Source of the DNA: Methanocaldococcus indicus | Lineage (GTDB): Archaea > AGJL01 > Methanococci > Methanococcales > Methanocaldococcaceae | Direction: 5' to 3' | Length of the DNA stretch: 64,000 nt | Assembly (NCBI RefSeq): GCF_049554935.1 | Contig: NZ_CP186926.1 | Coordinates: 1,184,001 to 1,248,000, forward strand | Shown here: piece by piece, positions 1-10,927 of the stretch | Layout: every line of letters begins with the position of its first letter | How positions within the stretch are numbered: position 1 is the first letter of the stretch | Made by a program: the position numbers and the translations under genes | The notes under the pieces: model-generated | The model's database searches: none | What the model was told of the DNA's origin: nothing | The model's input: the letters and a program-made list of their open reading frames with translations, nothing else

Positions 1-224
1 AGTTTTAGAGCAATATCGGTATTTACATTTCCTTTTTTATTATGAAAATAAGCACCCAATCCTTTTGTTATTGCAGCATATAACAAATCAGTTCCAATAG
101 CAATTATTGGCTCAACTCCTAAAAATATCAATGATGGGGCCATCAATACTCCACCACCAATACCAGTAAGACCCACAACAACTCCAACTATAAACCCCAA
201 AATAATAAAAATGATCCAATGCAA
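1..224 (-). CDS. TSUP (TauE/SafE) family sulfur-compound transporter, 5' part (runs off window)
   Basis: Manual translation from TTG at 224, preceded by a GGTGA RBS: MHWIIFIILGFIVGVVVGLTGIGGGVLMAPSLIFLGVEPIIAIGTDLLYAAITK, with the GxxGxGGG TSUP signature; not in the ORF track. Confidence 0.85.
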   Translation of the reverse strand, partial: MHWIIFIILGFIVGVVVGLTGIGGGVLMAPSLIFLGVEPIIAIGTDLLYAAITKGLGAYFHNKKGNVNTDIALK

Positions 225-228
225 AAAA

Positions 229-753
229 TCACCCTAAATATCCAAGCTCTCTCGCCTTTTTTATTATTAATTCAACTTCTTCATTAACACTCATTTTTGA
301 AGTATCTACAATAACTTCTGGATTTTCTGGTTCTTCATAGACCCCATCATATCCCGTAAGGCCTTTAATTTCACCTTTTAATGCTTTAGCATAAAGACCT
401 TTTGGGTCTCTTTTAATTCTTTCTTCAAGAGGGGCATAAACATAAACTTCCATAAACTTGCCAATTTCTTTTCTTGCGTATTCCCTAACACTCCTATAAG
501 GTGAAATAAGTGAAACTATTGCAATAGTCCCATTTTTTGAAAGTAATTTAGCTATGTAAATAACTACTCTATTATGCAGTTCCCTTGCTTCTCTACTAAA
601 CCCCAAATTTGGATAAAGTGTTTTTCTGATTTCATCCCCGTCTAAAATCTCAACGTTGTATCCCATTTCATTTAATCTATTTTTTAGTGCTTTTGCTAAA
701 GTTGTTTTTCCTGCTCCACTTGGCCCGGTAAGCCAAATTGTAAATCCTGTCAT
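229..753 (-). CDS. cysC: adenylyl-sulfate (APS) kinase
   Basis: P-loop WLTGPSGAGKTT, LDGDEIR, RDPKGLY, GLTGYDGVYEEP motifs. Confidence 0.95.
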   Translation of the reverse strand: MTGFTIWLTGPSGAGKTTLAKALKNRLNEMGYNVEILDGDEIRKTLYPNLGFSREARELHNRVVIYIAKLLSKNGTIAIVSLISPYRSVREYARKEIGKFMEVYVYAPLEERIKRDPKGLYAKALKGEIKGLTGYDGVYEEPENPEVIVDTSKMSVNEEVELIIKKARELGYLG

Positions 754-763
754 TTTGTCTCCC

Positions 764-1705
764 TTATTTTTTTGAAATATTATTATTTTGAATAATGCTT
801 AAAACTTCATTAATGCTGTCTTTGTTGCAAATACATCCTAAGACATCATTTTTACCACCAACATTAAATCCTTTAGATTTCAATGTTTGAATAATCTCAC
901 TTATTTTTATATCATTCTCCAAATTAGGTGAAATTCTAAAGTATATCTGTGCTTTTCCATGGAAACCTTTATTTACAACTATTGCTCCATCATAACTCAT
1001 TTCCCAAACAACTTTTCTTGCAACTTTTGATATAATATTAAATTTACTCTCAAATTCAATGAAAGCAAATCCTTCTTTAACCTTAATATTTGAAATTGCA
1101 TTCTCTATTGCATCATTGATTTTTTCAAGGTTCTTGTTCCACTTTTCATACTCTAAAATTTCTTTTGGTTCTAATTCTAAAACAACTTTTACAGCATTTT
1201 CTACGCTTTTTCTATCCATAATGATATAGTTAGAATCAATCAATTGAACTAACTTTAAAGTCTCTTCTTTACTAAGATTTTTTTCCTTTAAAAGCTCTAA
1301 AATTTTTGGAATATTATATGCTCTTTCCCCAATATCCCCTACAGCTCCAAGTGCAGATAAGTAATTCCAAAAAGAAAAATATTCAGAAACTACAAAAGAT
1401 GCTGAAGGATAATCTTTTCCAATCAAAACTGGATTTATTTGTTTAACATGAGGGTTTTCAATCTTTTTTTGAATATGATGGTCAATAAATATTGTTTCTT
1501 TTTTTATGTTTTCTACTTCATTTGGAAGATTTAAATCTAAAACATAAATTTTTTCTGATTTTTCAATCCATTCCCAAATTCTTTTATCAAACCTAAATTC
1601 TCCAATTGGTGGAGTTACATTTACAAAATCCTCTAAATTTAATGCTTTAACTGTTAAAGCTGCTGAAGTTATCCCATCAGTATCCCAGTGATGGATAATT
1701 AACAT
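764..1705 (-). CDS. DHH-family phosphoesterase, probable PAP (3'-phosphoadenosine 5'-phosphate) phosphatase
   Basis: HHWDTDG and IDHH motifs; lies between sat and cysC. Confidence 0.8.
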   Translation of the reverse strand: MLIIHHWDTDGITSAALTVKALNLEDFVNVTPPIGEFRFDKRIWEWIEKSEKIYVLDLNLPNEVENIKKETIFIDHHIQKKIENPHVKQINPVLIGKDYPSASFVVSEYFSFWNYLSALGAVGDIGERAYNIPKILELLKEKNLSKEETLKLVQLIDSNYIIMDRKSVENAVKVVLELEPKEILEYEKWNKNLEKINDAIENAISNIKVKEGFAFIEFESKFNIISKVARKVVWEMSYDGAIVVNKGFHGKAQIYFRISPNLENDIKISEIIQTLKSKGFNVGGKNDVLGCICNKDSINEVLSIIQNNNISKK

Positions 1706-2856
1706 TTACTCACCTACAAATGGATTTTTGAAACTTTTTATAACTTCATAAACCTCTTTTCTCATAAAGTGTTCTGGAGGTATCTTTCCATTCATTATCA
1801 TGTTCCTGATTTTTGTTCCACTAAAATATTTCCTATCTTCCATTGGATGAGGACAAATTTTTTCATTTACTATACCTTTACATTTTTTGCAATAGAAAAA
1901 TTCTTTAAAAAACATTGGAGTTATACCCAAATCAGGGAAGTTTTTGAATATCTCTTGTGCTTCGTAAGGCTTATAATAATTTCCTACTCCTGCATGGTCT
2001 CTTCCAACAATAAAGTGAGTACATCCAAAGTTCTTACGCATTATTGCGTGGTGTATGGCTTCTCTCGGTCCAGCATATCTCATTTCATACCTAACAGTTG
2101 CTAAAACTGCGGAATCTTTTGGATAGTAATGTTCAAATAATGTCTCATACGCTTTTAAAATAACTTCATCTTTATAATCTCCTTTCTTTTTCTTTCCGAG
2201 AACTGGATTTATAAAAAGACCATCAACAAAAGTTAAGGCAAATTTTTGTAAATACTCATGTCCTAAGTGAGGAACATTTCTTGTTTGGAATGCAACTATT
2301 GTCTCAAATTTTCTTTTTTTAAATAAAACTCTTGTTTCTGATGGTCTAAGGGTATATTTTTCAAAAGGATTAGGTAACTCATTTAGAAGATAAATTTCTC
2401 CACCAACAAGGTATTCTCCCATATCCATGACTTTAGCAACTCCAGGATGATTTATATCTGTTGTTTTAAAAACCTTCTGGGCAAATTCTTTTTTATCATA
2501 CTTATAGATGTCATCAACATGCATCACTGCTATCAGAATGTCTTTGTAAAAAAGTAGAATTGTATCTTCTACTCCAAAATTGAGCTCTTTTTCGCTAACA
2601 TCCAAAACAATAGGAATACTCCACGGTAAGCCATTCGGTAATCTCATAGTATCTAAAACTGATTGAAATTCTTCCTCTCTTAGAAATCCCTCAAGTGGAG
2701 AATAAACTCCATAAGCAATATTTTCTAAATCAACTGCTATTCCCTCTCTAATTTGGATTTTTTGGTATTCATCCTTTTCATCTAAAATTCTCTCTTTAGT
2801 TTTTTTTTTGATGATAGTTTTCTAACCAATTTTCCTCCATGTGGCTTTGAAACCAA
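1706..2856 (-). pseudogene. sat: sulfate adenylyltransferase (ATP sulfurylase), frameshifted at an A10 run
   Basis: True N-terminus MVSKPHGGKLV starts at TTG 2856 after a GGGGTGA RBS; frame breaks at the T10 run 2800-2809 (+ strand); downstream frame has QTRNVPHLGHEY, MRYAGPREA, VGRDHAGVG. Confidence 0.85.
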
Positions 2857-2968
2857 AATTATCACCCCATACTTCACAAAAATATTTCAAAGGATCGTTT
2901 AGTAAAAAGTAAAATATATAATAAATAATACAAATTATCTATTTTTGAATTTTTTGGAATACTATTCC

Positions 2969-3657
2969 GACACTGTCAAGTTAACGACATCAACCAATTG
3001 TAGAACATCATGAAACTTTTAATCCAGCTAACAACTGTATCGAATTTGCTGTTATTAGGAAACCTATTATAAAATGCTTTAGTTCTTCGTTTGAGTAGTG
3101 AGAAAAAGCTTTCTACACAATTTCTCAGTCCGAATCTGACTCTTTCAAATTCTAAACCCAATCTTTGCAATGCCCACGGATACCATCTTCCACCATCGAC
3201 CAAAATCTTCGGCTTATTAGAGCAAAATTTTAATATACTCTTAACGAATAATATAGTATCGAGGCAGTTTCTTGTTTCAGAAACATAAACTCCCAAGCAC
3301 TCTTTCGATTCAACATCAATAGCAGACCATACGTAAATATTTTCATTTCCAATCTTTAGTTTGGTCTCATCGATTGCAATTGCGTATCTTTCCTTTCTTT
3401 CAGGTTCGTTTAAAACATCTTTAATCTTGTGATAATAAGTCCTAACCGACTCATGGCTTATACTTTCGAATTGGGAACGAAACAAACTTACCTTCCTCAA
3501 CGATAGTCCAAGATAATACAAAATCCCAGCTAAGATTTTAACTTCTATCGACTTCTTATTCCTTTTAAAAATCTTCTCCTCTTCGATTCTCTTATCGTGA
3601 GCTTTATATTTTATTATTTTTTATCAATTATTAATAAAAGCTTAACTTGACACTCTC
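2969..3657 (-). mobile_element. IS6-family insertion sequence (ISMja1-like), about 689 bp, degenerate
   Basis: 16-bp imperfect terminal inverted repeats: GACACTGTCAAGTTAA (2969-2984) and reverse complement of 3642-3657 GAGAGTGTCAAGTTAA, 14/16 match; encloses a DDE transposase; CpG-rich relative to flanks. Confidence 0.88.
2976..3607 (-). pseudogene. IS6-family DDE transposase with damaged 5' end
   Basis: [26 protein letters not shown] triad; the frame extends upstream of 3521 ([22 protein letters not shown]), but the apparent start ATA-AAG-CTC-ACG-ATA is out of frame with it. Confidence 0.8.
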
Positions 3658-4027
3658 TGTTCAACAGCCCAATAAAATTAAATGCAAATTCTGGATGATG
3701 ATATTTAATTCTTTCAATTATGTATTTTACTAACTCCTCTTTTTCCATATTCTTTAATTTATCTATTATTTTGTCTGCATCAATATATTCATTATTTTTA
3801 TAACTTAAGAGAGTTGCAACTCCATGCTTACAGTTATAACCATAAGAACAGGAACATTCTGATTCCAAAGTTTTTAAATTAACAACTACATCATAAACAT
3901 GAGTTCCAATAACTTTACCATATATCTTGTCTCCAAACTTTATTACACTCTTTACTCTTCCTTCTTTGTAATATTCAACTCCTCTTTTATATATCTCATA
4001 TCCATATTTTCTGATGATTTCATCCAT
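3614..4027 (-). pseudogene. SWIM zinc-finger protein, C-terminus interrupted by the IS
   Basis: CSCSYGYNCKH SWIM motif; the last ~14 codons are read from the IS terminal repeat region. Confidence 0.7.
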
Positions 4028-4035
4028 AATATCTC

Positions 4036-4590
4036 TCAAAATAACATCTTCTCAACTTCTTCACATATAACATGATATATGGTTAGATGACATTCTTGAA
4101 TTCTTGCTGTATCATTAGAAGGAACTATTAAAGCTAAATCAACAATATCCTTTAATTTTCCCCCTCCTTTCCCCAATAATCCAATTGTATAAATTCCCAT
4201 TTCTTTTGCTTTATTAACTGCTTTTATAACATTTTCTGAGTTTCCACTTGTAGATATTCCAACTAAAACATCTCCCTCTTTTCCTAATGCCTCTACTTGT
4301 CTTTCAAAAATCTTATCAAATCCATAATCATTCCCAATAGCTGTTAAAATAGATGTATCTGTTGTTAATGCAATAGCTGGCATTCCTTTTCTTTCCAACT
4401 TAAACCTTCCAACTATTTCAGCTGCAAAATGCTGAGCATCAGCAGCTGAACCACCATTTCCACAAATTAAAATTTTATTTCCATTTTTTAATGCATTATA
4501 TATTATATCAATAGCTTTTTTTAACTTATCTTCATTTTCTTCAATAAACTTTAATTTTACATTAGCACTTTCTTTAAAATACTCTTTCAT
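4036..4590 (-). CDS. gmhA: D-sedoheptulose 7-phosphate isomerase
   Basis: [28 protein letters not shown] motifs. Confidence 0.95.
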   Translation of the reverse strand: MKEYFKESANVKLKFIEENEDKLKKAIDIIYNALKNGNKILICGNGGSAADAQHFAAEIVGRFKLERKGMPAIALTTDTSILTAIGNDYGFDKIFERQVEALGKEGDVLVGISTSGNSENVIKAVNKAKEMGIYTIGLLGKGGGKLKDIVDLALIVPSNDTARIQECHLTIYHVICEEVEKMLF

Positions 4591-4710
4591 AATTTCACCA
4601 ATATATTATTTATTTATTCTATTATTTATTCTACTAACTTAACTTAATAAATGTTTTATAATAACTAAATTATTATTCTTTTAGTTCAAATTATTAGAGG
4701 ATGATATTAG

Positions 4711-5934
4711 ATGAAAATATGTGTTATTGGTTTAGGTTATATTGGATTACCTACGGCATCTATCTTAGCTGTAAGAGGATATGAAGTAGTTGGAGTAGAT
4801 ATTGATAAAAAGAGGTTGAAGGAGATTAAAAATTTAAGTTTTAAGACAACTGAGAAGGATTTATTAACATTGGTTAGTGGTGCTATAAAATCTGGAAATT
4901 TGGAAGTTAAAGATAAACCAGAAGAGGCAGATGTTTTTATTGTTTGTGTTCCAACTCCTTTAAAAAATAAAAAATGTGATTTAAGCTATATTAAAAATGC
5001 TGTTGAAAGTATAAAACCTCTAATAAAAGATAAAAATCTTGTAATTATTGAAAGTACTGTTCCTCCTGGAACTTGTGAAGAGATTTATAAAATGATTAAT
5101 AAAGATATTTATTTAGCTTATTGTCCAGAGAGAGTTTTGCCAGGAAATATATTACATGAGCTAATAAACAATGATAGAATTATTGGAGGAATTAATAAAG
5201 AATCTGCTATAAAAGCTAAAAAAATATATGAGAGCTTTGTTAAGGGAAATATATATTTAACTGACACAAAAACAGCTGAAACTGTCAAGTTAATGGAAAA
5301 TATTTATAGAGATGTTAATATTGCATTAGCTAATGAGTTTGCTAAAATAGCTGAAGAGCTAAATATTGATGTATGGGAAGCCATAAACTTGGCTAATAAA
5401 CATCCAAGAGTTAATATTCTTAAACCTGGACCAGGTGTTGGAGGGCATTGTATAAGCATAGACCCATGGTTTTTAGTTGAAAAAAGTAAAGAAGCTAAGC
5501 TTATAAAAACTGCAAGAGAAATAAATGATGAAATGCCCATATATGTGGCTAATAAAATTAAAAAATTAGCTAAAAAAACAGTTACTATTTTTGGTGTAAC
5601 TTATAAGGGAAATGTAGATGACACAAGAGAAAGTCCTGCTGAAAAGATAATTGATGAGTTATTAAAGGATAACTATGATGTAAGATGTTATGATAGATAT
5701 GCAAGAGATTTTAAATATCCTCTACTAAATTTGGAGGAGAGTGTCAAAGATAGTGAGTTAATTGTTGTGTTGGCTGACCATGATGAGTATAAAAACTTTA
5801 AGGAAGAGGATATAAAAAGAATTGGAAAATTAATGAAAAGAAGAGTTATTTATGATACAAGAAATATAATCAATAAAGATTTATGGAAAAATGAAGATTT
5901 CAAAATTTATATATTAGGTGGTAAAAATGATTAA
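4711..5934 (+). CDS. wecC: UDP-N-acetyl-D-mannosamine dehydrogenase (nucleotide-sugar dehydrogenase)
   Basis: GLGYIGLP Rossmann fold, [25 protein letters not shown]. Confidence 0.9.
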   Translation: MKICVIGLGYIGLPTASILAVRGYEVVGVDIDKKRLKEIKNLSFKTTEKDLLTLVSGAIKSGNLEVKDKPEEADVFIVCVPTPLKNKKCDLSYIKNAVESIKPLIKDKNLVIIESTVPPGTCEEIYKMINKDIYLAYCPERVLPGNILHELINNDRIIGGINKESAIKAKKIYESFVKGNIYLTDTKTAETVKLMENIYRDVNIALANEFAKIAEELNIDVWEAINLANKHPRVNILKPGPGVGGHCISIDPWFLVEKSKEAKLIKTAREINDEMPIYVANKIKKLAKKTVTIFGVTYKGNVDDTRESPAEKIIDELLKDNYDVRCYDRYARDFKYPLLNLEESVKDSELIVVLADHDEYKNFKEEDIKRIGKLMKRRVIYDTRNIINKDLWKNEDFKIYILGGKND

Positions 5935-6748
5935 AGTGGCAGTTACAGGTGCATTGGGAAGAATGGGTTCAGGAATAATAAGAACTATTCTACAACAGGA
6001 AGATATGGAATTAGTAGCAGCATTTGAGAGAGTAGGGCATAAAGATAAAGGTAAAGATGTTGGAGAACTAATAGGAGTAGGAAAAATAGGAGTTATTTTA
6101 AATACTGCTGATGAAATGGATAAAGTATTAAAAGAGAAAAAGCCAGATGTATTAGTTGATTTTACAATAGCTGATGCATGTGTTGAAAATGTAAAAACAG
6201 CTGCAAAAAATAAAGTAAAATTGGTTATAGGAACAACAGGATTTACCAAAGAGCAAAAAGAAGAGATTTTAAAAGCAATTAGAGAGAATAAAGTTTCAGC
6301 TGTCATATCTGAGAATTTTGCAATTGGTGTTAATATATTCTTCAAAACATTAGAGTTCTTAGCTAAAAAACTTGGAGATTATGATATTGAGATTATAGAG
6401 ATGCATCATAGATATAAAAAAGATGCTCCTTCTGGAACAGCATTAAAAGCTGCTGAAATAATTAAAGAGAATAGGGGAGGAGGTTATTTTGTTTTTGGTA
6501 GAAAAGGTTTAGTTGGAGAAAGAAAAAAGGACGAGATAGGAATACATGCAGTAAGAGGAGGTGATGTAGTAGGAGAACATACTGTTATATTTGCAGGAGA
6601 TGGAGAAAAGTTAGAATTGACACATAAAGCAAGTAGCAGACAAGCATTTATCAATGGTGTTATCTTAGCTATTAGATTTTTAAAAGATAAAGATGAAGGA
6701 ATTTATGGCACTTTTGATGTCTTAGGATTGAGAGAATTAAGAACATAA
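5927..6748 (+). CDS. dapB: 4-hydroxy-tetrahydrodipicolinate reductase
   Basis: [26 protein letters not shown]; ATG at 5927 follows a GGTGG RBS. Confidence 0.95.
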   Translation: MIKVAVTGALGRMGSGIIRTILQQEDMELVAAFERVGHKDKGKDVGELIGVGKIGVILNTADEMDKVLKEKKPDVLVDFTIADACVENVKTAAKNKVKLVIGTTGFTKEQKEEILKAIRENKVSAVISENFAIGVNIFFKTLEFLAKKLGDYDIEIIEMHHRYKKDAPSGTALKAAEIIKENRGGGYFVFGRKGLVGERKKDEIGIHAVRGGDVVGEHTVIFAGDGEKLELTHKASSRQAFINGVILAIRFLKDKDEGIYGTFDVLGLRELRT

Positions 6749-8019
6749 ATTCCAATAAATAAGGATATAATTCCTGCAAAGAAATCTCCTAAACTCCAAC
6801 CAATACATATTCCCAAATAACCTAAAAATAATGCCAAGATATAACTTGATGAAATATGGAAAAATTCTCTAATTATAGAGATTAAAAAGCTACCTTCTCC
6901 TCTACCTAATGCTTGGAATAATGAAGATGTAGAAAAAGTAAAAGGAATAAACAATAAATATATACTAACTATCTTTAATGTTTTTGATAATGGCTCTTTT
7001 AATGATATATCTCCATAACTAAAAATATATGCTAAATAATCAGAAAAAATAACTATTAAAGAAAATATTATAAATTCTAAGATTAATCCATAAATTATAG
7101 TATATAAATAAGCTTCTCTAACTTTTTTGTATAGCTTAGCTCCATATAATGCCCCAATAACAGATACTGCACCACTTGACAATCCAATTAAAGGAACAAA
7201 ACCAAACTCAGTTATTCTTAAAGCCCCTGTAAATACTGCTAAATCTTTATCATTTCCAAACATCATTATTAAATATGTTAAAAAGAAAAAAGTTCCTGCA
7301 ACTATAACATCATTAAAAGATGAAGGTATAGAAACTCTTAATAAATCCTTAATTATCTCAAAATCAATTTTTTTATAAATTTTTAATGGTTTAGTTTTTA
7401 TGTAATAAAATATCAATATTAAAAGTGAGATAAAAATAGAAACAACTGATGCAATTCCTGCTCCTAAGACACCTAATTTTAAAGTATATATAAAAATAGG
7501 GTCTAAAATAATGTTTATTAAACATCCTACTATTGTTGCTATCATAACTATTTTTGTTCTACCAACCCCTCTAAAAACTCCATAAAATACATCAGCTAAA
7601 TTTAAAACAATTGTTCCTAAAATTAGAGTTTTTGAATATAAAACTGCATCTAATAAATTTACATTCATTAAATTTAAAATAAAATCCACATTTGGATAGA
7701 AAATAAATATAACAAATAATGAATATATAATAGCTAAAATAATTGCATTATAAACAGCTTTTTCAGCTTTTTTAATATTATTTTCTCCTAAACTCCTTGA
7801 TATTAGTGAGCTAACAGCTATACTCAATCCCCAGGCAAATGCATAAAAAATTATTAAAATTGGAAAACTTGCACCAACTGATGCCAATGCCTCTGCTCCT
7901 AAACCTGCTACCCAAAAACTATCAGCAAAACTATACAATGACTCAAAAAATGTAGCAAAAATTATAGGTTTGGATATTCTAATGATTGATTTTTTAGGAT
8001 TATCCAAAAGTTCCAACAA
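6703..8019 (-). CDS. MATE family efflux transporter
   Basis: Many hydrophobic segments, DSFWVAGLGAEALASVG and NIILDPIFI motifs; convergent 3' overlap with dapB. Confidence 0.9.
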   Translation of the reverse strand: MLELLDNPKKSIIRISKPIIFATFFESLYSFADSFWVAGLGAEALASVGASFPILIIFYAFAWGLSIAVSSLISRSLGENNIKKAEKAVYNAIILAIIYSLFVIFIFYPNVDFILNLMNVNLLDAVLYSKTLILGTIVLNLADVFYGVFRGVGRTKIVMIATIVGCLINIILDPIFIYTLKLGVLGAGIASVVSIFISLLILIFYYIKTKPLKIYKKIDFEIIKDLLRVSIPSSFNDVIVAGTFFFLTYLIMMFGNDKDLAVFTGALRITEFGFVPLIGLSSGAVSVIGALYGAKLYKKVREAYLYTIIYGLILEFIIFSLIVIFSDYLAYIFSYGDISLKEPLSKTLKIVSIYLLFIPFTFSTSSLFQALGRGEGSFLISIIREFFHISSSYILALFLGYLGICIGWSLGDFFAGIISLFIGIYVLNSLNPKTSKVP

Positions 8020-8066
8020 TATCCCCTCTACAATAAAGAGATAGATTAAAAAAGAGAATTAAATAT

Positions 8067-8366
8067 TTACTTTTGAGATTTTAATTCCTCTAAAACTTTG
8101 TCACACATATTTATAATATCCTTTAAACTTTCTTTTAGCACATCTATTGGATTTACACCCTCTTCTGTCAATATTGTTAATTTTGGATTGGTTATGTATC
8201 TTCCTGTTTCAGGATGAAGGAGTTGATGCTCAATATAGTAAGATGCCATTTTAACACCTTTTTTTGTTAAAAGAACATCTTTTAATAAATTAGGTAATGA
8301 GTGGTCTTCTCCAACTAATTCAATCTCTAATAAATTATCTTTCTTCTCTAATATTTTTATCTCCAT
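8067..8366 (-). CDS. rpoL: DNA-directed RNA polymerase subunit L (Rpo11)
   Basis: GEDHSLPNLLK, ASYYIEH motifs; start chosen from GGTGA spacing. Confidence 0.93.
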   Translation of the reverse strand: MEIKILEKKDNLLEIELVGEDHSLPNLLKDVLLTKKGVKMASYYIEHQLLHPETGRYITNPKLTILTEEGVNPIDVLKESLKDIINMCDKVLEELKSQK

Positions 8367-8961
8367 CATATTCACCTTTTAAAAGTTCTTTCTTAGCTAA
8401 GTTTATATCTTTATTTAATACAATTTTATCCTCTTCTTCTCTTAAAAATCCTTTATCTAATGCCTCTTCTATAACATCTTCAAGAGGTTTATTTTTTAAA
8501 TAAGATACAAGAACCACTAAATTCTTAACAGGTTTTGAGCCAAGTTTTGAGAATCTAAGCTCATTGTATAAGTTATGCAAATCTTCTAAAATCTTGTTAA
8601 ACTCATCAAGAGGCACATCTGTCTTTATAGCTCCTTCATCTTCTAAGTGTATAACTCTATATCCTAACTCCTTCAATGTGTCAATAACTAAATCCTTATT
8701 AACAGGATATTTCAATTCAGATAAGTAGTATTTATAATAACCTTCTTTATCTTTATTATACTTTCTCTTAATTTTTTCTAAAAGAGTTCTTACAGCTCTA
8801 TAATTCTCTGTTAAGGATTCCTTATCATAGCCAAATACATAAACTCTTAAATTCTTATTTTTAGATTTGACAATACAATCGATACCCATCTTTTCCAAAG
8901 CTTTACATATTTCCAATATTTCATCTTCACCACTAACCTTAGTAGCAATAATTCTCTTCAT
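8335..8961 (-). CDS. conserved archaeal protein (DUF2067-like) upstream of rpoL
   Basis: About 208-aa ORF with RBS; position next to rpoL. Confidence 0.6.
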   Translation of the reverse strand: MKRIIATKVSGEDEILEICKALEKMGIDCIVKSKNKNLRVYVFGYDKESLTENYRAVRTLLEKIKRKYNKDKEGYYKYYLSELKYPVNKDLVIDTLKELGYRVIHLEDEGAIKTDVPLDEFNKILEDLHNLYNELRFSKLGSKPVKNLVVLVSYLKNKPLEDVIEEALDKGFLREEEDKIVLNKDINLAKKELLKGEYDGDKNIREER

Positions 8962-9042
8962 AAATTTCACCAATAATTTTAATAAGAAATATTTTTAAAT
9001 AAATACTAATAAATAGAATATAATAATTGTTATTTTGGTGGA

Positions 9043-10878
9043 ATGATGAAAAATTTATTTATAAATTTAAATAATTCAAAAATTGAAATTATTGAGAAAG
9101 ATATCTTTCCAATAGATTGGGGATTATATTGGCACAATAAATTTGAGACATATAAGTATGATGTATATGATTATAGGAATGTATTTACATTTGGAACTGT
9201 TGGACTTCCAGTTTATGGGGGACATAGATTAACATTTTGTTTTAAATCTCCATTAACAGATAATTTCTTTTTTTCATCTATGGGTGGAGCAGGATATCAG
9301 TTTTTAGCAACAGGTTACAACAATGTAGCTATTGTTGGTAGAGCTAAGAAGCCTTCTTTATTAATTATTAGTGATAAAAGTATAGATATTGTTGAGATAA
9401 GGGAAGATTTTAGAACAGTTTATGAAATATACAACCATATAGTTGAGCACTATAAAGAAAGAAATTTGAGGGCTATTGTTGTTGGTGAAGCTTCAAAAAA
9501 GACAGCTTTAGGAGCCTTATTTTCTCAAACTGTCTTAAATAACAAAGTTGTAGAAGGTTCAGAAGATTGGGCTGCAAGAGGTGGTGGTGGCTCTGTTCTA
9601 TATCAAGCTCATAACTTAGCTGGAATTGTATATTTTGGAGACAAAAATGAAGAGAAAGCATTGAAAGATAAAGTTAAGGAGATAGTTGAAGAGTATTATA
9701 AAGAGAGCTATATAAATGTTGTTAAGAAATTTACTAAAAAATATAGATATAATGATGAATCTCAGACAGGAGGGACATTTGGAAACAACTGGTTAATCTA
9801 CAAAGAAAAAGTCCCTATCTTTAATTGGCAAATGCCTTACATATCTAAAGAAGAGAGAAAAAAGCTTCTTAATATTATATTGGAAAATTATTTAAAAATA
9901 TTTAATCAGGAGGCAATTGAAACAAAGAGCTGGAAAAATTGTGGAGAACCTTGTCCAGTAGTATGTAAAAAATATAGGAATAAAAATAAGGTTGATTATG
10001 AACCTTATGCAGCAAATGGGACACTTTTAGGAATATTTGATTTACATGAAGCTGATAAAGTTGTTAAAGAAGTAGATAGTTTAGGATTTGATGCTATTGA
10101 AGTAGGAAATTTAACAGCTTTTGTTTTTGAATCTTTATATAGAGGACTATTAAAGGAGGAAGAACTCAATATTAAAACTCCATACTTCAACTATAAAGAT
10201 ATCTTAGAAGGAGATATAAAAGAGATATCAAGACACAATTCAGAACAAGCTATAAAGTTCTTAAATAATTTAGCAAATAACTACAATAGAGTATATAAAA
10301 TCTTATCATTAGGAACAAGAAAAGCTGTTAAACTCTTAGATGAGATGTACAAGAGCAGAACAAAAGAAATTAAATTTAAAGATATTGCTGTTTATATTGC
10401 CTTAGGAGATTGTTCAAGTATAAATCCAAATCTTTATTGGAGTCCAGGCTTCTTTATGCCATTAGTTATATCTGGGAGGTATTTAACATACTACAAGCCA
10501 GAATTTTTAGAGCCAGAGGAGTTAGCTGAGAAGATTTATGAAAATGTTAAATTAGAGTTGGCATTAGATAATTTAACAATTTGTAGATTCCATAGAAAAT
10601 GGCTAAAACCAGTTATAAACAAAATTGTCAGTGAAATCTTTAATATAGATTTTAATTATGAAAAATATAGCTTAGAACTTTACAAGAAAATATATGAATA
10701 TAACAAAAAATGCATCTATCCGAATAACTTTGAAAGTGAAAGAGTTAAAGATTTATTAGTAGGATTGGCTAAAGAATGTGGAAACAAAAACTGGAACAAG
10801 GAAAATATAGATAATTATTTAAAAAGATTTTTAGATAAATATTCTGAATTATTTAACATTGATTGGAAGATTAAATAA
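9043..10878 (+). CDS. gor: glyceraldehyde-3-phosphate:ferredoxin oxidoreductase (AOR family, W/Mo-pterin)
   Basis: SSMGGAG, DWAARGGGGS, CGEPCPVVC, DYEPY motifs. Confidence 0.88.
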   Translation: MMKNLFINLNNSKIEIIEKDIFPIDWGLYWHNKFETYKYDVYDYRNVFTFGTVGLPVYGGHRLTFCFKSPLTDNFFFSSMGGAGYQFLATGYNNVAIVGRAKKPSLLIISDKSIDIVEIREDFRTVYEIYNHIVEHYKERNLRAIVVGEASKKTALGALFSQTVLNNKVVEGSEDWAARGGGGSVLYQAHNLAGIVYFGDKNEEKALKDKVKEIVEEYYKESYINVVKKFTKKYRYNDESQTGGTFGNNWLIYKEKVPIFNWQMPYISKEERKKLLNIILENYLKIFNQEAIETKSWKNCGEPCPVVCKKYRNKNKVDYEPYAANGTLLGIFDLHEADKVVKEVDSLGFDAIEVGNLTAFVFESLYRGLLKEEELNIKTPYFNYKDILEGDIKEISRHNSEQAIKFLNNLANNYNRVYKILSLGTRKAVKLLDEMYKSRTKEIKFKDIAVYIALGDCSSINPNLYWSPGFFMPLVISGRYLTYYKPEFLEPEELAEKIYENVKLELALDNLTICRFHRKWLKPVINKIVSEIFNIDFNYEKYSLELYKKIYEYNKKCIYPNNFESERVKDLLVGLAKECGNKNWNKENIDNYLKRFLDKYSELFNIDWKIK

Positions 10879-10927
10879 TAAAGTAAAAAGGAAAAAATAA
10901 TAAAAATATAAACAATATAATAAAAAA

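Noticed and set aside
2956-2968. GGAA-N5-TTCC as an NrpR operator
   Set aside because: The consensus spacing is N6 and the adjacent genes are not nitrogen-related
6703-6748. Convergent 3' overlaps (dapB/MATE, DUF368/AEC, trmY/MEMO1) as antisense regulation
   Set aside because: Short tail-to-tail overlaps are common in compact AT-rich archaeal genomes
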